A stretch of DNA of 64,000 bases from NCBI GenBank assembly GCA_951406725.2, contig OX597832.1, positions 48,918,001 through 48,982,000 on the forward strand, written 5' to 3'. The translations under genes and the position numbers were made by a program. The notes beneath the pieces are model-generated. The model searched no databases, was not told the DNA's origin, and worked only from the letters and a program-made list of their open reading frames with translations. The DNA is from Octopus vulgaris (Eukaryota). Positions 13,271-26,061 of the stretch are shown here, piece after piece. Position 1 is the first letter of the stretch. Each line of letters begins with the position of its first letter.

Positions 13271-13495
13271 GGAGGCGCAATGGCCTAGTGGTTAGGGCAG
13301 CGGACTTGCGATCGGAGGATCGCGGTTTCGATTCCCAGACCGGGCGTTGTGTGTGTTTATTGAGCGAAAAACACCTAAAAGCTCCACGAGGCTCCGGCAG
13401 GAGGTGGTGATCCCTGCTGTACTCTTTCACCACTCTAAAGGCGGTGCTCCAGCATGGCCGCAGTCAAATGACTGAAACAAGTACAAAAAAAAAAA
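13271..13495 (+). mobile_element. Chimeric SINE: family C tRNA head and body joined to a family A tail
   Basis: Head GGAGGCGCAATGGCCTAGTGGTTAGGGCAGCGGAC as at 57311, then a switch at ~13435 to CTAAAGGCGGTGCTCCAGCATGGCCGCAGTCAAATGACTGAAACAAGT. Confidence 0.8.
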
Positions 13496-13589
13496 ATATA
13501 AATATATGTATATACTAAATATATATATATATATATTCTTATTTAGATATATATCTATATATGTATATTCTTATTTAGATATATATCTA

Positions 13590-13649
<60 letters not shown>

Positions 13650-13662
13650 CATATATACATTT

Positions 13663-13701
13663 GAGAAATTTGAAAAGTTTACACGAAACCGGTTATTTCT
13701 C
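13663..13701 (+). ncRNA. Minimal type I hammerhead-like motif with U3/A8 core
   Basis: GAGAAAT-TTGAAAA-GT-ttac-AC-GAAA-CCGG-TT-ATTTCTC, with a perfect 7 bp stem I and a palindromic stem III. Confidence 0.5.
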
Positions 13702-14084
13702 CAAAAACTATGTTACTATACACAAAATTTTATAACATTTCTCTAACATAACGACTTAAATATATTCTTTAACCTTATAAAACAAGCCTTCTGTAGTTTT
13801 TTCATTCGTTTCTATTTTTTATACATCCAACCACGTGCTTTCACACACTAACTTTCTCACCGATATATATATATATACACACACACATACACACATTGTC
13901 AGTAGTTTATATATCCGAACATGAAGTACACTCTAAAACATTAGAGTAGTAATATATCTTTGGAAACTTGATTTTTATGGCCTCCGGCCATTTGAATCTC
14001 ACGAGTAGCCTGTACAGCTAAACGCTTTATTGGAGCGAAACCACTCGTGACTCTCTGACCGGCAAAAACAGACAACCTTCTTTA

Positions 14085-14115
<31 letters not shown>

Positions 14116-14136
14116 CTCCCTCTCTCTTTCTCCGTC

Positions 14137-14176
<40 letters not shown>

Positions 14177-14676
14177 ACCCCAGAATAAACCAGGGAAACA
14201 CAAGCAAGGCAAATGTGTACATTTATATTAAATAGATAGAAGGAAAATGAACGATTTTATACCTGTCTTAACATGACAGCTGTTTCAGGTGGGAGGTGTA
14301 CTATGTGCCATACAAATGTTTAATGTGTAATAAAAACACACCTCATCGTAGGCTTTTAGATTGTTTTTTTAGATCGGTGAGTCATGTCATGTTACTCTCA
14401 CCAGAAATTTCCGGTTATAAAAGTATTGCATCTATATTTCTCCAACACACAAATCACACCCACGCACATATACACACACAAATATGCATAAATATACATG
14501 CCTATATATATATATATATATATATATAGTTCACATATATATATATATATAATGTGAGGTAATAAAATCCAAACTTACAACGAAAAAGAATTCAATTTAA
14601 TATATAGTTCATATATAATATTTTATATATATATATATTTATATATGTATGTGTATACACACACACACACACACAC

Positions 14677-14711
<35 letters not shown>

Positions 14712-14775
14712 GTATGTATGCATGCGTGTATATATATGTATATATATATATACAAATATAGATAGATATAAGTAC

Positions 14776-14837
<62 letters not shown>

Positions 14838-15208
14838 TATAATGGAGGGCGCTGATTATTAATTAGGTATGTAACAATTAATAAATGTGCTAAAAGAAAG
14901 CAATATTAAAAGCTTGACCGTCTGCAAATATTTTTTATAAATTCATGTTCTAAGAAATTTCCTATAATTTCAATTTCTGGAGTTTATTGAATTCTCGCAA
15001 ATTTAAATATTCATTGCATTGGCTGCGTCCAATTCTTCATAAATTTAAATATTTATTGCATTCACTGCTGAGTATAATTTAATGTTTAATAATGAACGCC
15101 ATCAATTCGTTGCAGGCAACATTTTCCGTTTTTATTTGCAACAGTCTCTCATTCTCCCTCGCCTATATTTTTATTAATGGTAATTTAATATTAGCTAAAT
15201 AACCTTGG

Positions 15209-15488
15209 TACGAGTCACAATTTCAAGACTATTTTCTGTTCCCAAAATTTGTTAAATGAATATTTTTGGTAGAATGAACTTTTTTTAATATACCGGTATA
15301 AGTTTTAAGTGATTTTGTCTTGAATGAATGCATGCTATTACACAATACAGCTGTATGACTTTGATACGAGGCACAATTTCAAGAATATTATCAGTTTCCG
15401 GAGTTTCTTAAATTAATATTTTTGATTAAATGAAAATTCTTCAATATACCGGTATAATCTTTTTTTTTTAATGAATAAGTGATTTTGT
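15209..15488. repeat. Diverged direct duplication with ~120-150 bp units
   Basis: TACGAG.CACAATTTCAAGA...AATATACCGGTATAA...AAGTGATTTTGT occurs twice. Confidence 0.7.
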
Positions 15489-15779
15489 TGGTATGTATAC
15501 TTAGAACGCTATAAGCCTTACAAGAATAACTATGAGATCGCTGCTATTTCTAGCATGCTAAGCAAGATAGTTTTTAACGAGCTTTCATCTATATATAACA
15601 TGCGACTGAAAAAGAAAATTTATCAGAATCAGATGTAGACAGGGCAAAGCGACTGAGACAGATGTCTGAATATGGACGGAGACGTAGGCATGATTCTGTT
15701 TCCTCTACAGATGACCGACTGGTTAGGGTATCTCGAGCGGAGAATATTCTACTTCAAAATAATTATCTCAGATCACAGA

Positions 15780-16420
15780 TTGTTGATGCAGCACTAAAGA
15801 AATCTTTCTTTGCGATCACGCAGAAGTAGTGGAGTTGACAAGCAATTTAAGACTTCTTACAGGTCATTCTGATGAAAGGGAGTTGCTAATTACCATCTTA
15901 AGGAAGGAAATTGTAACATTTCCGTTGAATAAAGCCTTAGTGAATTCAAAATCGAACTACCCAATGACCTTTGCCTCGAAAGTGGTACTCTTACAGATCT
16001 GTGTGGGTTTGTATATGCTGACCCCAAAAATAACTTCACAAACCTTGTGTGGCTTGGAAATAGAACCATTGTTACTACAACAAATGAAGCAGCACAATTT
16101 GTGAATGATTTTCTGTCGACCAGAATCCTTGGAGAGCTAAAAATACACAGAAGCTCAGATACAGTTGGTAATGAAACTCTGTACCCAGATGAGTTCATCA
16201 ACAAAATTATAATATCAGGGTTTCCACCACACATTCTCAAACTGAAGAAAAAGTGATGCATGATTATTCTGTGAAATTTAAATGCTAGTAATGGTCATTG
16301 CAATGGCACACGCTACATAATTGTCAGTTTTCATGCTCATCTTATTGAGGTTGCCGCTGCTCCTTTTGCAATATCAACTCGGCTAATCCCAAGAACCACA
16401 TGTATCTCAAGTAATAGAAA
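15780..16420 (+). pseudogene. Helitron PIF1-like helicase fragment (stops and frameshifts)
   Basis: WLGNRTIVTTTNEAAQFVND..YPDEFINKIIISGFPPHILKLKKK*..NLNASNGHCNGTRYI matches the Helitron RepHel helicase motifs (SG.PPH.L.LK, N....GLCNGTR). Confidence 0.85.
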
Positions 16421-16614
16421 TATGAGACCACTTTCTCTCTTGTCAGCTGTTAGAAAAGTGCTCTCACGTGGTTAAGAGCTGTTTTGACTGTTACTTCTAG
16501 CAATGCTGGTGCTCATTAGCATCCACCGTCACTTTAGTGACAGCTGTACTTGTTATCATTTGGTCGCAAATTGCGAATAGCCGCCTTAATATATATATAT
16601 ATTATATACATATA

Positions 16615-16713
16615 TTTGTAAGCCTAGTACTTATTCTATCGGTCTCTTTTGCCGAACCGCTAAGTTAGGGGACGTAAACACACCAGCATCGATTGTCAAG
16701 CACAGACACACAA

Positions 16714-16780
<67 letters not shown>

Positions 16781-16925
16781 ACGGGCTTCATTCAGTTTCC
16801 GTCTACCAAATCAACTCACAAGGCTTTGATCGGCCCGAGGCTATAGTAGAAGACACTTGTCGACTGAACCCAGGACCATGTGGTTGGTAAACAAGCAACT
16901 TACCACACAGCCACTCCTGCGCCTG

Positions 16926-16963
<38 letters not shown>

Positions 16964-16984
16964 GATATATATATGTATATATAC

Positions 16985-17019
<35 letters not shown>

Positions 17020-17225
17020 CATACTCACTCGCACGCACGCACGCACATATATACATATAAACAGGCTTCTTTCAGTTTCCGTCTACCAAATCCATTCACA
17101 ATACTTTGGTTGGCACGAGCTTATAGTAGAAAAAAAACTTGCCCATGATGTCCCGCAGTTGGACGGAACCCGAAACTATGTGGTTAGGAAGCAAGACGTC
17201 TTACCACACAGCCACGCCTGCACCC
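16615..17225 (-). mobile_element. Two SINE family A copies (16615-16925 and a 5' part at 17061-17225)
   Basis: Reverse-complement matches to family A, e.g. CTTACCACACAGCCACTCCTGCGCC. Confidence 0.8.
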
Positions 17226-17969
17226 GTACGAGAGTATATATTTTACGACTTGCTCTCTAACTGCGCTCGTTACACCGCATTCTATATATTCATAATTAAA
17301 TCAACAGGCAAATATTAGAAAGTTAAATAAAACCATAAAGAAACCTCTAGTGAAAATAACCAATAAAATGTCTAACAAATTAAATGGAAGTAAAATGAGT
17401 TGCTGTGAAATATTTCTAAGAATTTTCTTTTAAATTTTGCCCACTGTCCTGATGTGATATAATTTATCAAATTTGTGTTGACCTTATGAATTATTAATAG
17501 GTAAAACTTTATAAATACGGTATGAAATAGCAGGAATGAGATCAAGAATCGGTTAATTTTCGAGTTTGAATCAGTAATAATCATATCTTTTTCATTGATT
17601 TTTGTTTTATATTAGTGTCTGGGTTTGTCTCAGGAGAATAGATTGAAATAGTAACAGAAAAAAAAATGCGAGAAGGAAAAAAAACAATGTTGCAATGAAA
17701 GAATTGAACATCATGACTAGTTGTAAAAATTTAACGTTGTGTCTAGTAATAAGCAGTTTGAGAGAATGGCTAAGAAATTTATTTAGTAAATGTGAGGTCT
17801 CGTGCCCGATACGATTAGGTGACATCGTATGCAATGATCATTGGATAGATAAAAAGAAACAGTATAAGCGCCCCTCGTGACAAGAGTGGGGCATGCTGTA
17901 TTTACTATTTGACGTTATCTGCTCGGAATTGTCCAGGCCAACCTTCCTTGCAGTGTCCTAATCAGTTCC

Positions 17970-18001
17970 TATAGATAGATAGAAAGATAGATAGATAGAT
18001 T

Positions 18002-18039
<38 letters not shown>

Positions 18040-18057
18040 AAGATAGATAGATAGATT

Positions 18058-18091
<34 letters not shown>

Positions 18092-18101
18092 TAGATGGAT
18101 G

Positions 18102-18191
<90 letters not shown>

Positions 18192-18322
18192 AAGACAGAT
18201 AGATGGATGGATGGATAGACAGACAGACAGACAGATAGATGGATGGATGGATGGATGGATGGATGGATATATCGATTACTTTAACTAAAAAATGTAGATG
18301 GATTTTCTTTCAGGAACCAAGA

Positions 18323-18418
<96 letters not shown>

Positions 18419-18420
18419 GC

Positions 18421-18499
<79 letters not shown>

Positions 18500-18500
18500 A
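17970..18500. repeat. (GATA)/(GACA)/(GATG)n tetranucleotide array
   Basis: Direct reading. The array is interrupted by a 56 bp unique insert at 18269-18324. Confidence 0.9.
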
Positions 18501-18529
18501 AGATTATTATTTTCAGTCAGCAGAGTTAC

Positions 18530-18880
18530 AAAAACCTTGCTATCCAACCACCCTTCTGGACCAAGTCTCACAGCGTGGCAACTTGGCCACCTATCTTTTG
18601 CTGTTGCCTCAGGCCGACCAAAGTCTTGCGAATGTATTTGGAAACTGAAGGAAGCCCGCCGCGTGTGTGTATGTGTGCACGCATGTGTGCGTGTGTGTGT
18701 GTGTGTTTGTGTTTATGTCTTTCCCCTACCACTACTTGACTACCTGTGTTAGTGTGTTTACGTCCTCGTAACTTTGCAGTTCGTTAAGAGAGACCAATGG
18801 AATATGTACTAGGTTTTAAAAAAACAAGTTCTGAGATGGATTCGTGTGACTAATTCTAATGACTGGAGCAATTAAAAGAC
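18530..18880 (+). mobile_element. SINE family A, degraded
   Basis: GGCCGACCAAAGTCTTG..GAAACTGAAGGAAGCCCG..(TG)n..TTTACGTCCTCGTAACTT. Confidence 0.65.
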
Positions 18881-19992
18881 AAAAGGTGTGTGCATGTGTG
18901 TGTGCGTGCGTGTGCATGTGTGCGTGCGTGCGTCTGTGTCTGTGTGTATGCGTGTATGTGCACGCATTTGTGCACGTGTGTGTGTTGATACATTATGCTA
19001 CACCAATAAAAATAGTTAAAAATATCGATTACTTTAACTAAAAAATGTCGATGGATTTTCTTTCAGGAACCAAGAATTTCCTTCATGGAAATATGCAAAT
19101 AGATTTCTAGATAACGCGATGCCGTCTTTTCACATAAAGTATAGCATATCAGACACTGCTTTCCGAACGGACAGAGTTCAGAGGTACTTTTAAATGCCTG
19201 TTACTCTTCCAATCTATTGAAATGCTAACACAGCGTTCTTTAAGTAGCATGGAACTGATATCTTACACATTCCCTTTCTACTCTTCTACTTTAAGTATTC
19301 TAAAATCAAATTCCAAAACCGAATAAATATAGAAAAGAGGGAAAGAAAAATAAACCCAAACATCGAATTAATATTTATTTTAAAATTTTCTTTTTATCTG
19401 ATTCGTTTCATTGAAGTGTCAATTTCACACATTGTTATAGAGATTTCTGTGCGGCGGCGCTGGAGTAGTGGAGGCCAGTCAATTGTTACGACAATTGGCA
19501 AACATTCTTCGTTGCGTATCTTATCGTGTGTGAAGCGAAGGAAAGAAATAAAAGTTGGCTTCGCATGTTTTCTGAACATAGTAAGATTGGTTGATAAATG
19601 AAACTAAATAAAGTGGTATTTATTAGTCAGTTTTCTTTCGTTTTGTTTTATTTTCCGACGAAATACTGCTTCTCCCGTGCTTGCCGACGCCCTGCTTATT
19701 TAAACATGATCACTTGTCATTTATAAAGTGATACATGATATATCCTCTACAAGGTGGTGGTCACTACCTTGTCACGTTTCAATAAATAATAGCTTCTAAT
19801 TTTAGGCACAAGGACAGTAAGCTTCGGGTGTGTGTGTTTCGGCTGATATACCTTCCAGCCTTCATCATATGCACGTGGGCATATAGTGTAGTGGTTAAGA
19901 CCGCGGGCTACTGACCCGAAGATTCCGTTCTTGTCCCACTTTGTTATTTATATTTTATATTTAATTTCTATACACATATATATATATATATA

Positions 19993-20147
19993 CTTTATTT
20001 AAAGCAGCGGAAAATTCAACAAAACCTGTTACTCTGAGTTTCACGTCCTTTGTTGAATTTTCCGCTGCTTTAAATAAAGCATATTACTCTACCACTGGTA
20101 TTTGAGTACTCTTTTTCCACCTTGTTTCACATTTATGTGTTTACTAC

Positions 20148-20150
<3 letters not shown>
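19993..20150 (-). mobile_element. PLE-like remnant: 31 bp perfect inverted repeat enclosing a hammerhead 3' half
   Basis: Arms at 19993-20023 and 20049-20079. The loop on the minus strand contains GAAA-CTC-A-GAG-TA. Flanked by TA repeats. Confidence 0.55.
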
Positions 20151-20215
<65 letters not shown>

Positions 20216-20911
20216 GAATATTAGAGTAGATAGGAATGAGATGATGGTATTTCCCCGCCATCCATTTTTTAACAAATGTATTAGATACCCGTCCAAAGTG
20301 GGGTTTTTTTTATAGAAGCTGCAACGGGTAACTTAATATTGGTAACTGGGGGTACTTGAAACAGCAATACGACACAACGCCTGTCTCCGCAAACATAATT
20401 ATATCCATTTCTTTAAAAACTAATAAAACAAATATACTAGGAAATATTATATGAACAACGAAATGCAGAGATACTTAAATAAAGAGTCGCCCACACATCT
20501 AAATAAACTTGACAATACTGAGGCAGTGAAAACTTCGTATATGAGATATACGACTTAATATTACAGAAGCCCTACTATAAGAGATATATAATTTTGCAAG
20601 CTTAACGCTGCAGTTATAAGGAATGACGTTTTAGAAACCTTTCAAATAATTCTAATTCTCAAAATCTTCAAATTCTTACTGACGTACCACTAATACCATC
20701 ATATACATATATGCACAAACAGGTGCGACGCTCACCTGCGCCGACACATGCCCACTCATGCTATCAGAAACACACCTACACAAAGAGATAAGAGAGCAAC
20801 CACAAAAGCACTGATTGCTGTAAAATATGAACGCATAAAAGAGTAAAAGAGCAAAAGAGTGAAGAGCATTCATTTACATTTATGGAAATTAATAGATTTT
20901 ACGTTGAATTC

Positions 20912-21326
20912 TCTTTTACTCTTTTACTTGTTTCAGTCATTTGACTGCGGCCATGCTGGAGCACCGCCTTTAATCGAGCAACTCGACCCCGGGACTTATT
21001 CTTTTTGTAAGCCCAGTACTTATTCTATCGGTCACTTTTGCCGAACCGCTAAGTTACGGGGACGTAAACACACCAGCATCGGTTGTCAAGCAATGCTAGA
21101 GGGACAAACACAGACACACAAACACACACACACATACATATACATATATATATACATATATACGACAGGCTTCTTTCAGTTTCCGTCTTCCAAATCCACT
21201 CACAAGGCTTTGGTCGGCCCGAGGCTAGAGCAGAAGACACTCGCCCAAGGTGCCACGCAGTGGGACTGAACCCGGAACCATGTGGGTGGTAGACAAGCTA
21301 CTTACCACACAGCCACTCCTGCGCCT
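20912..21326 (-). mobile_element. SINE family A, full length, young
   Basis: Nearly identical in reverse complement to 32771-33238 and 44632-45028. Confidence 0.9.
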
Positions 21327-22102
21327 ATAAATGTATATATTTCTGTTGGTTCTTGTGTTCATGTGCAAAAAAAAAAAATGTGTATGTTGCCGATAACTGT
21401 GTTGGTGGTGCGATTATAGTGTAATTCGTAACTACTGTCTGCCTGCTATAGTTTAACGAGTAAAGATGACGCATCTGAGTTCGTTCTTCTTTCTACTTAC
21501 GCCATTTTCAAATAGGAGCTTTATTATGCTTGATTGTGTTTGTATGTGTATATAAACATACATACATATATACATACATACATACATATATATATACATA
21601 CATACATACATACATACATACATGCATGCATGCATTTATGCATACATACATACATACATGCATACATACCTACGTACGTACATACATACATATATACATA
21701 CATACATACATACATACATACATACATGCATGCATGCATGAATACATGCATACATACATATATACATACATACATGCATACATACATACAAACTTGTTTT
21801 TCTGTCTATCTACTTACCCTCTTTGTGATGTTGGTACATGGAATAAGTATAAAAATGAATCTTTTCAATTTAACTAAATTCTATATTTATATGCAGCTGA
21901 AGTATTACTGATGTAATACTTGCATTGTTTAATTAAATGGAGTCACATGAAACGATCCTACTGCATTACCTTTAGATATCCTTGTTTCTTATTTTGATTA
22001 TAAGCAACCCATTTTGAATTATATGTATAATACCATACCAAATTCTGGTGCCTTTAACTTAAGTACCATATTCAACTGAATCTAAATTTTTACTGAACTT
22101 AT

Positions 22103-22157
<55 letters not shown>

Positions 22158-22233
22158 ACGTGTATATATATATAGACATATATATATATATATACACACA
22201 CATATATATATACATGCATATACATATATATAC

Positions 22234-22297
<64 letters not shown>

Positions 22298-22358
22298 AAC
22301 AGGTCTCTGCACCATTCCACACAAGCGGGGAAACCCACTCATGTATATATGTATATAG

Positions 22359-22407
<49 letters not shown>

Positions 22408-23066
22408 TGTGCGTGTGTGTGTGTGTGTGTGTTCTCACACACGAAATGCGTGACCTGAATAGAGAAACAGCATGGCAGAATGAACAATCAGGGGCGTCGC
22501 TGAGGTGACTCAAATAAATATTACACTAAACTGGAAAAAAAAAAAAAAAGACAATTAGGTATTTCTGAGAAGAAAAGTAGTTTCAAGGGCAAGGTATTAA
22601 AATACTGGTGGTTGGATAAAAAAACATTATTTGACACGATAAACTTGTGTTTCATATATTCGTAAATAGCGCTTTTCTTTCGACTTCACAATATTGAACA
22701 TGTTCCTACTGTCTTGTAAACAGTAGCTGCTTTGTACGTTTTCTGTATCTGTTCTATGTCTTTCGTTGACTCTAATACCAACACACGATCTTCTGAATGA
22801 TAACGATGGTTTGTGTATCCTACAAGGTCATATATGCAAGCTGAACCCTTACCAAGACCTGCTTTCATAGAGAAGACAAAGTGCAGTTATATTAATATAC
22901 ATGTAGTAGTCTTCATAATGTTTTGGCCTCGTTACAAAAAAGCATTCCTTTAATCAATATCTTGAGATATTACATGATAACATTATACTTCCACTAGCCC
23001 CGTCCGAGTTAGTCATTTAAAAATACTAATGGCATATATATTGTACACACACACACACACACACAC

Positions 23067-23109
<43 letters not shown>

Positions 23110-23113
<4 letters not shown>

Positions 23114-23250
23114 TTGCTTCCCAACTATGATTCCGAGTTCAGTCTCACTGCGTGGCACCTTAAGCAAGTGCCTTCCACTATAGCCTCGGGTCGACAACTG
23201 TCTTGTGAATGGACTTAGTAGACGGAAACTGAAAGAAGCCCTTCGTATGT
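23110..23250 (+). mobile_element. SINE family A, 5' part
   Basis: GTTCAGTCTCACTGCGTGGCACCTT..GACGGAAACTGAAAGAAGCCC. Confidence 0.75.
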
Positions 23251-23252
23251 GC

Positions 23253-23295
<43 letters not shown>

Positions 23296-23459
23296 TATAT
23301 ACATATATATATACACATATATATATATACATATATATATATACATATATATATATATACATACACGAGTGAGTGGACAATCGAACGAAAGGCACTCAAT
23401 CGATTTATTGCGAGTTACATGTGTGGATCAAAACAGTTTGACTCAAATTCAAGCGCGAA

Positions 23460-24270
23460 CCTTTTCTCTATTTGTTTGTTTCGTTGTTAGAAAAAAAGTT
23501 CGTTTTCCATACTTTTGTTTTTTATGTTCTCGTTTTTCCCCCGTTTTCTTGACGTCCTGTACTCATATATGCATGTATATATTCATATATATGTAGGCAT
23601 GTATAAGTATATGTGTATATATGCATATATATTATTTATATTATTCTATGATCGAACGCCACGCATCCATTTCCAAGTAAGTTTTATCTTAATAATTCTG
23701 CTGTGCACTCTACAACCTATCTCTATTCTAGCTCCCTCTCTTATTCTGCTTCCTTTCTGGTTTTTTCTCCCACACTTTCACTAATTCTCCTCCTCTTCCC
23801 TTCACCGTTCCCTCTCTCTCTCTCTCACTCTTCTTCCTTGACTCTCACGTTGCTCACACTTGACAAACGGCTATCTATCTTTCTTTCCTCCACTTCCTTC
23901 CTAAAGACAAGACGCGCTTTTGCCTGTCCCTTCTCAAAGCTCGTTTTTCCAGCGTTCACCACTTCATCTGGTTATGGCTTAAGAGCCCTCACCGTTTGTT
24001 TTACTGATTTGTTCTTACTGTCCTGTTTTTGATACCGCTTTGACCCTCCGCAAAATATCCCAAATTTTATTCAATTTGCTTTGCGGGAAAGACTGTTTTA
24101 ACGAAGTCGCATCTCGTCCCTACCCTCGAAACGCGGAGAGGAAAACTGATAAAGGGAATGTTCTTAATGTTGCCTGTCCCGTTCACGTTTTTTGACGTCT
24201 TGTACCCATATATGCATGTGTATGTATATATACATATATATGTTGACATTTACATGCATGTGTGTATATA

Positions 24271-24275
<5 letters not shown>
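23460..24275 (+). mobile_element. Interspersed repeat with direct terminal repeats, probably PLE-derived
   Basis: TTGACGTC.TGTAC.CATATATGCATGT occurs at ~23548 and ~24192. ATGATCGAACGCCACGC..TTCCAAGTA is shared with 61070-61392. Decayed CTGA..AAGGG.AATG and CGAAAC motifs lie at ~24127-24160. Confidence 0.5.
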
Positions 24276-24315
<40 letters not shown>

Positions 24316-24318
<3 letters not shown>

Positions 24319-24465
24319 ACGAGCTTCTTTTGGTATCCGTCAACCAAATCCACTCACAAGGCTTTGGTCGGTCCGAGGCTATGGTAGAAGAGTCTCGCCC
24401 AAGGATTCACGTAGTGATACTAAACCCGGAACCAAGTGGTTGAGAAGCAAGCGTCTTACCACAAA
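24316..24465 (-). mobile_element. SINE family A, 5' part
   Basis: CCAAATCCACTCACAAGGCTTTGGTCGG..CTTACCAC. Confidence 0.7.
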
Positions 24466-24544
24466 CCTACATACACAATTATATATAGTGTATGTATACA
24501 CATATAGAGTATATATATATATATATATAAATCCTTAAATCCTT

Positions 24545-25120
24545 AAAAAAGTAAGTTTCAGCCCGATAGCTGCGTCCATGCTGGGGCACCATCTTTGACT
24601 GTGCTACACTAATATGTGAAACCACCTCTGATACGTGGCACTTGGTCAAGAAGGGAGTTCTACGCCGCTGCCCGCATCTGCGTTTCTTATCGAGTGGTAG
24701 GTTCATCTGGAACACCTGACAATAAGATATCGAGTTTAGTTTTAAGGAAACCCACATCCACACCATACAGATCTCTCAGGAATTTAGGAAAGATATTGAA
24801 GGGCTGTGGTCCGCTAAAACCCAAGCTGTTCCATTATCTAATCCTGTATTTTGATGGTGATGCTGGGATCTTTGGCACCATGCAGTGGCGGCCCGTTCCA
24901 CTGTTGGGGTAACTTTCACTGCCAAAATTTGGGACAAGGCCCTCCAGGATTTTCCAGATGTATATCACTGCATATCTCTCCCGCCTTCGCTCCAGGGAGA
25001 AGAGTTTTAATACTTTCAGTCTTTCCCAGTAGCTGATATTTTGCATTGAGACGATCTTCTTAGTGTAGCTTCGTTGGATTGCTTCGAGTTCTGCTGTTAA
25101 CTTTACACTATGTGGTGACC
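24545..25120 (-). mobile_element. CR1-like LINE 3' fragment (ORF2 C-terminus and 3' tail)
   Basis: WSPHSVKLTAELEAIQRSYTKKI..SYWERLKVLKLFSLERRRERYAVIYIWKILEGLVPN, with stops downstream. Tail GGTGCCCCAGCATGGACGCAGCT..GGCTGAAAC. Confidence 0.85.
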
Positions 25121-26061
25121 ATATATATATATGCATATGTGTATGTACGCTTATCTAACCATACATACAAACATATATACATGAATACTCATATGCAGGT
25201 TGTATAGGCCTGAGTGTAAATATTTCTGCGTTTATAGAGCTATGTAAGTTTGAATAATATTTTAATATTAAACCTGGAATACACATAACTGTTTGAATGC
25301 ATGTGTGTATGTGCATATGTGTGTATGTGTGTGCGCTCGCATATGTATACGTTTTGTAAGCGTGGATTGTGACACGGTACGTGATCGCCTTTGGGGCTTT
25401 CACAATCATTTTGTGTTCAGCTTATATGAAGACCAAAGACAAAGAAAAAGAAAAAGAAAAAGAAAAAGAAAGAAACTAAACGATACTTGCTTGTGTTCAA
25501 TTGTTAATTTTGTCATTTGAAATCATTTAAAGACTACGTATATAGAGCTAGATTGAAAATAATCTCCGAGACAATATACAATGTTTCTTTGTCATTATAT
25601 AAAGATTCTAATATTTTTCGTTTTATTTTATTCTCTGTTTATTTGGAAGATATTTTATTCTGTTTATTTGGAAGATATTTTATCACACAATTGTTAATTC
25701 ATTATGTGTTTTAATTTGCGGTTATTATCTGCCTTGATTTTCCAATAATTGTGTATTTATATAATGGTATATATCTTGTCAGCGTTAAGTATTATGTATT
25801 TATTTTTTATTTTTTATTTGCTTTGTTCATTGGACGTAATTTTTCTTTATTTTTTTTTTGTCTTGTATGTATCATAATGAATGGTTAATTCATTTTGTAA
25901 ATTTGCTAATTTTGAAAAGAAGAACGGAAAATAAAAATTCTTTTAATTAGTGTCATAGAATTTACCGTCGTACTCTTTTACTCTTTTACTCCTTTAAGCA
26001 ATACGGCCGTGGCCATGCTGGAGCACCACCACTGAAGCAAATATTTCATATTCTATCGGTA

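Noticed and set aside
13271-13345. tRNA-like sequences (also ~19875, 37958, 38180, 53030-53420, 57311)
   Set aside because: They run directly into SINE bodies and lack a proper acceptor stem, so they are SINE heads rather than tRNA genes.
22686-22868. 60 aa minus-strand ORF in unique sequence
   Set aside because: No recognisable domain and no convincing exon boundaries.
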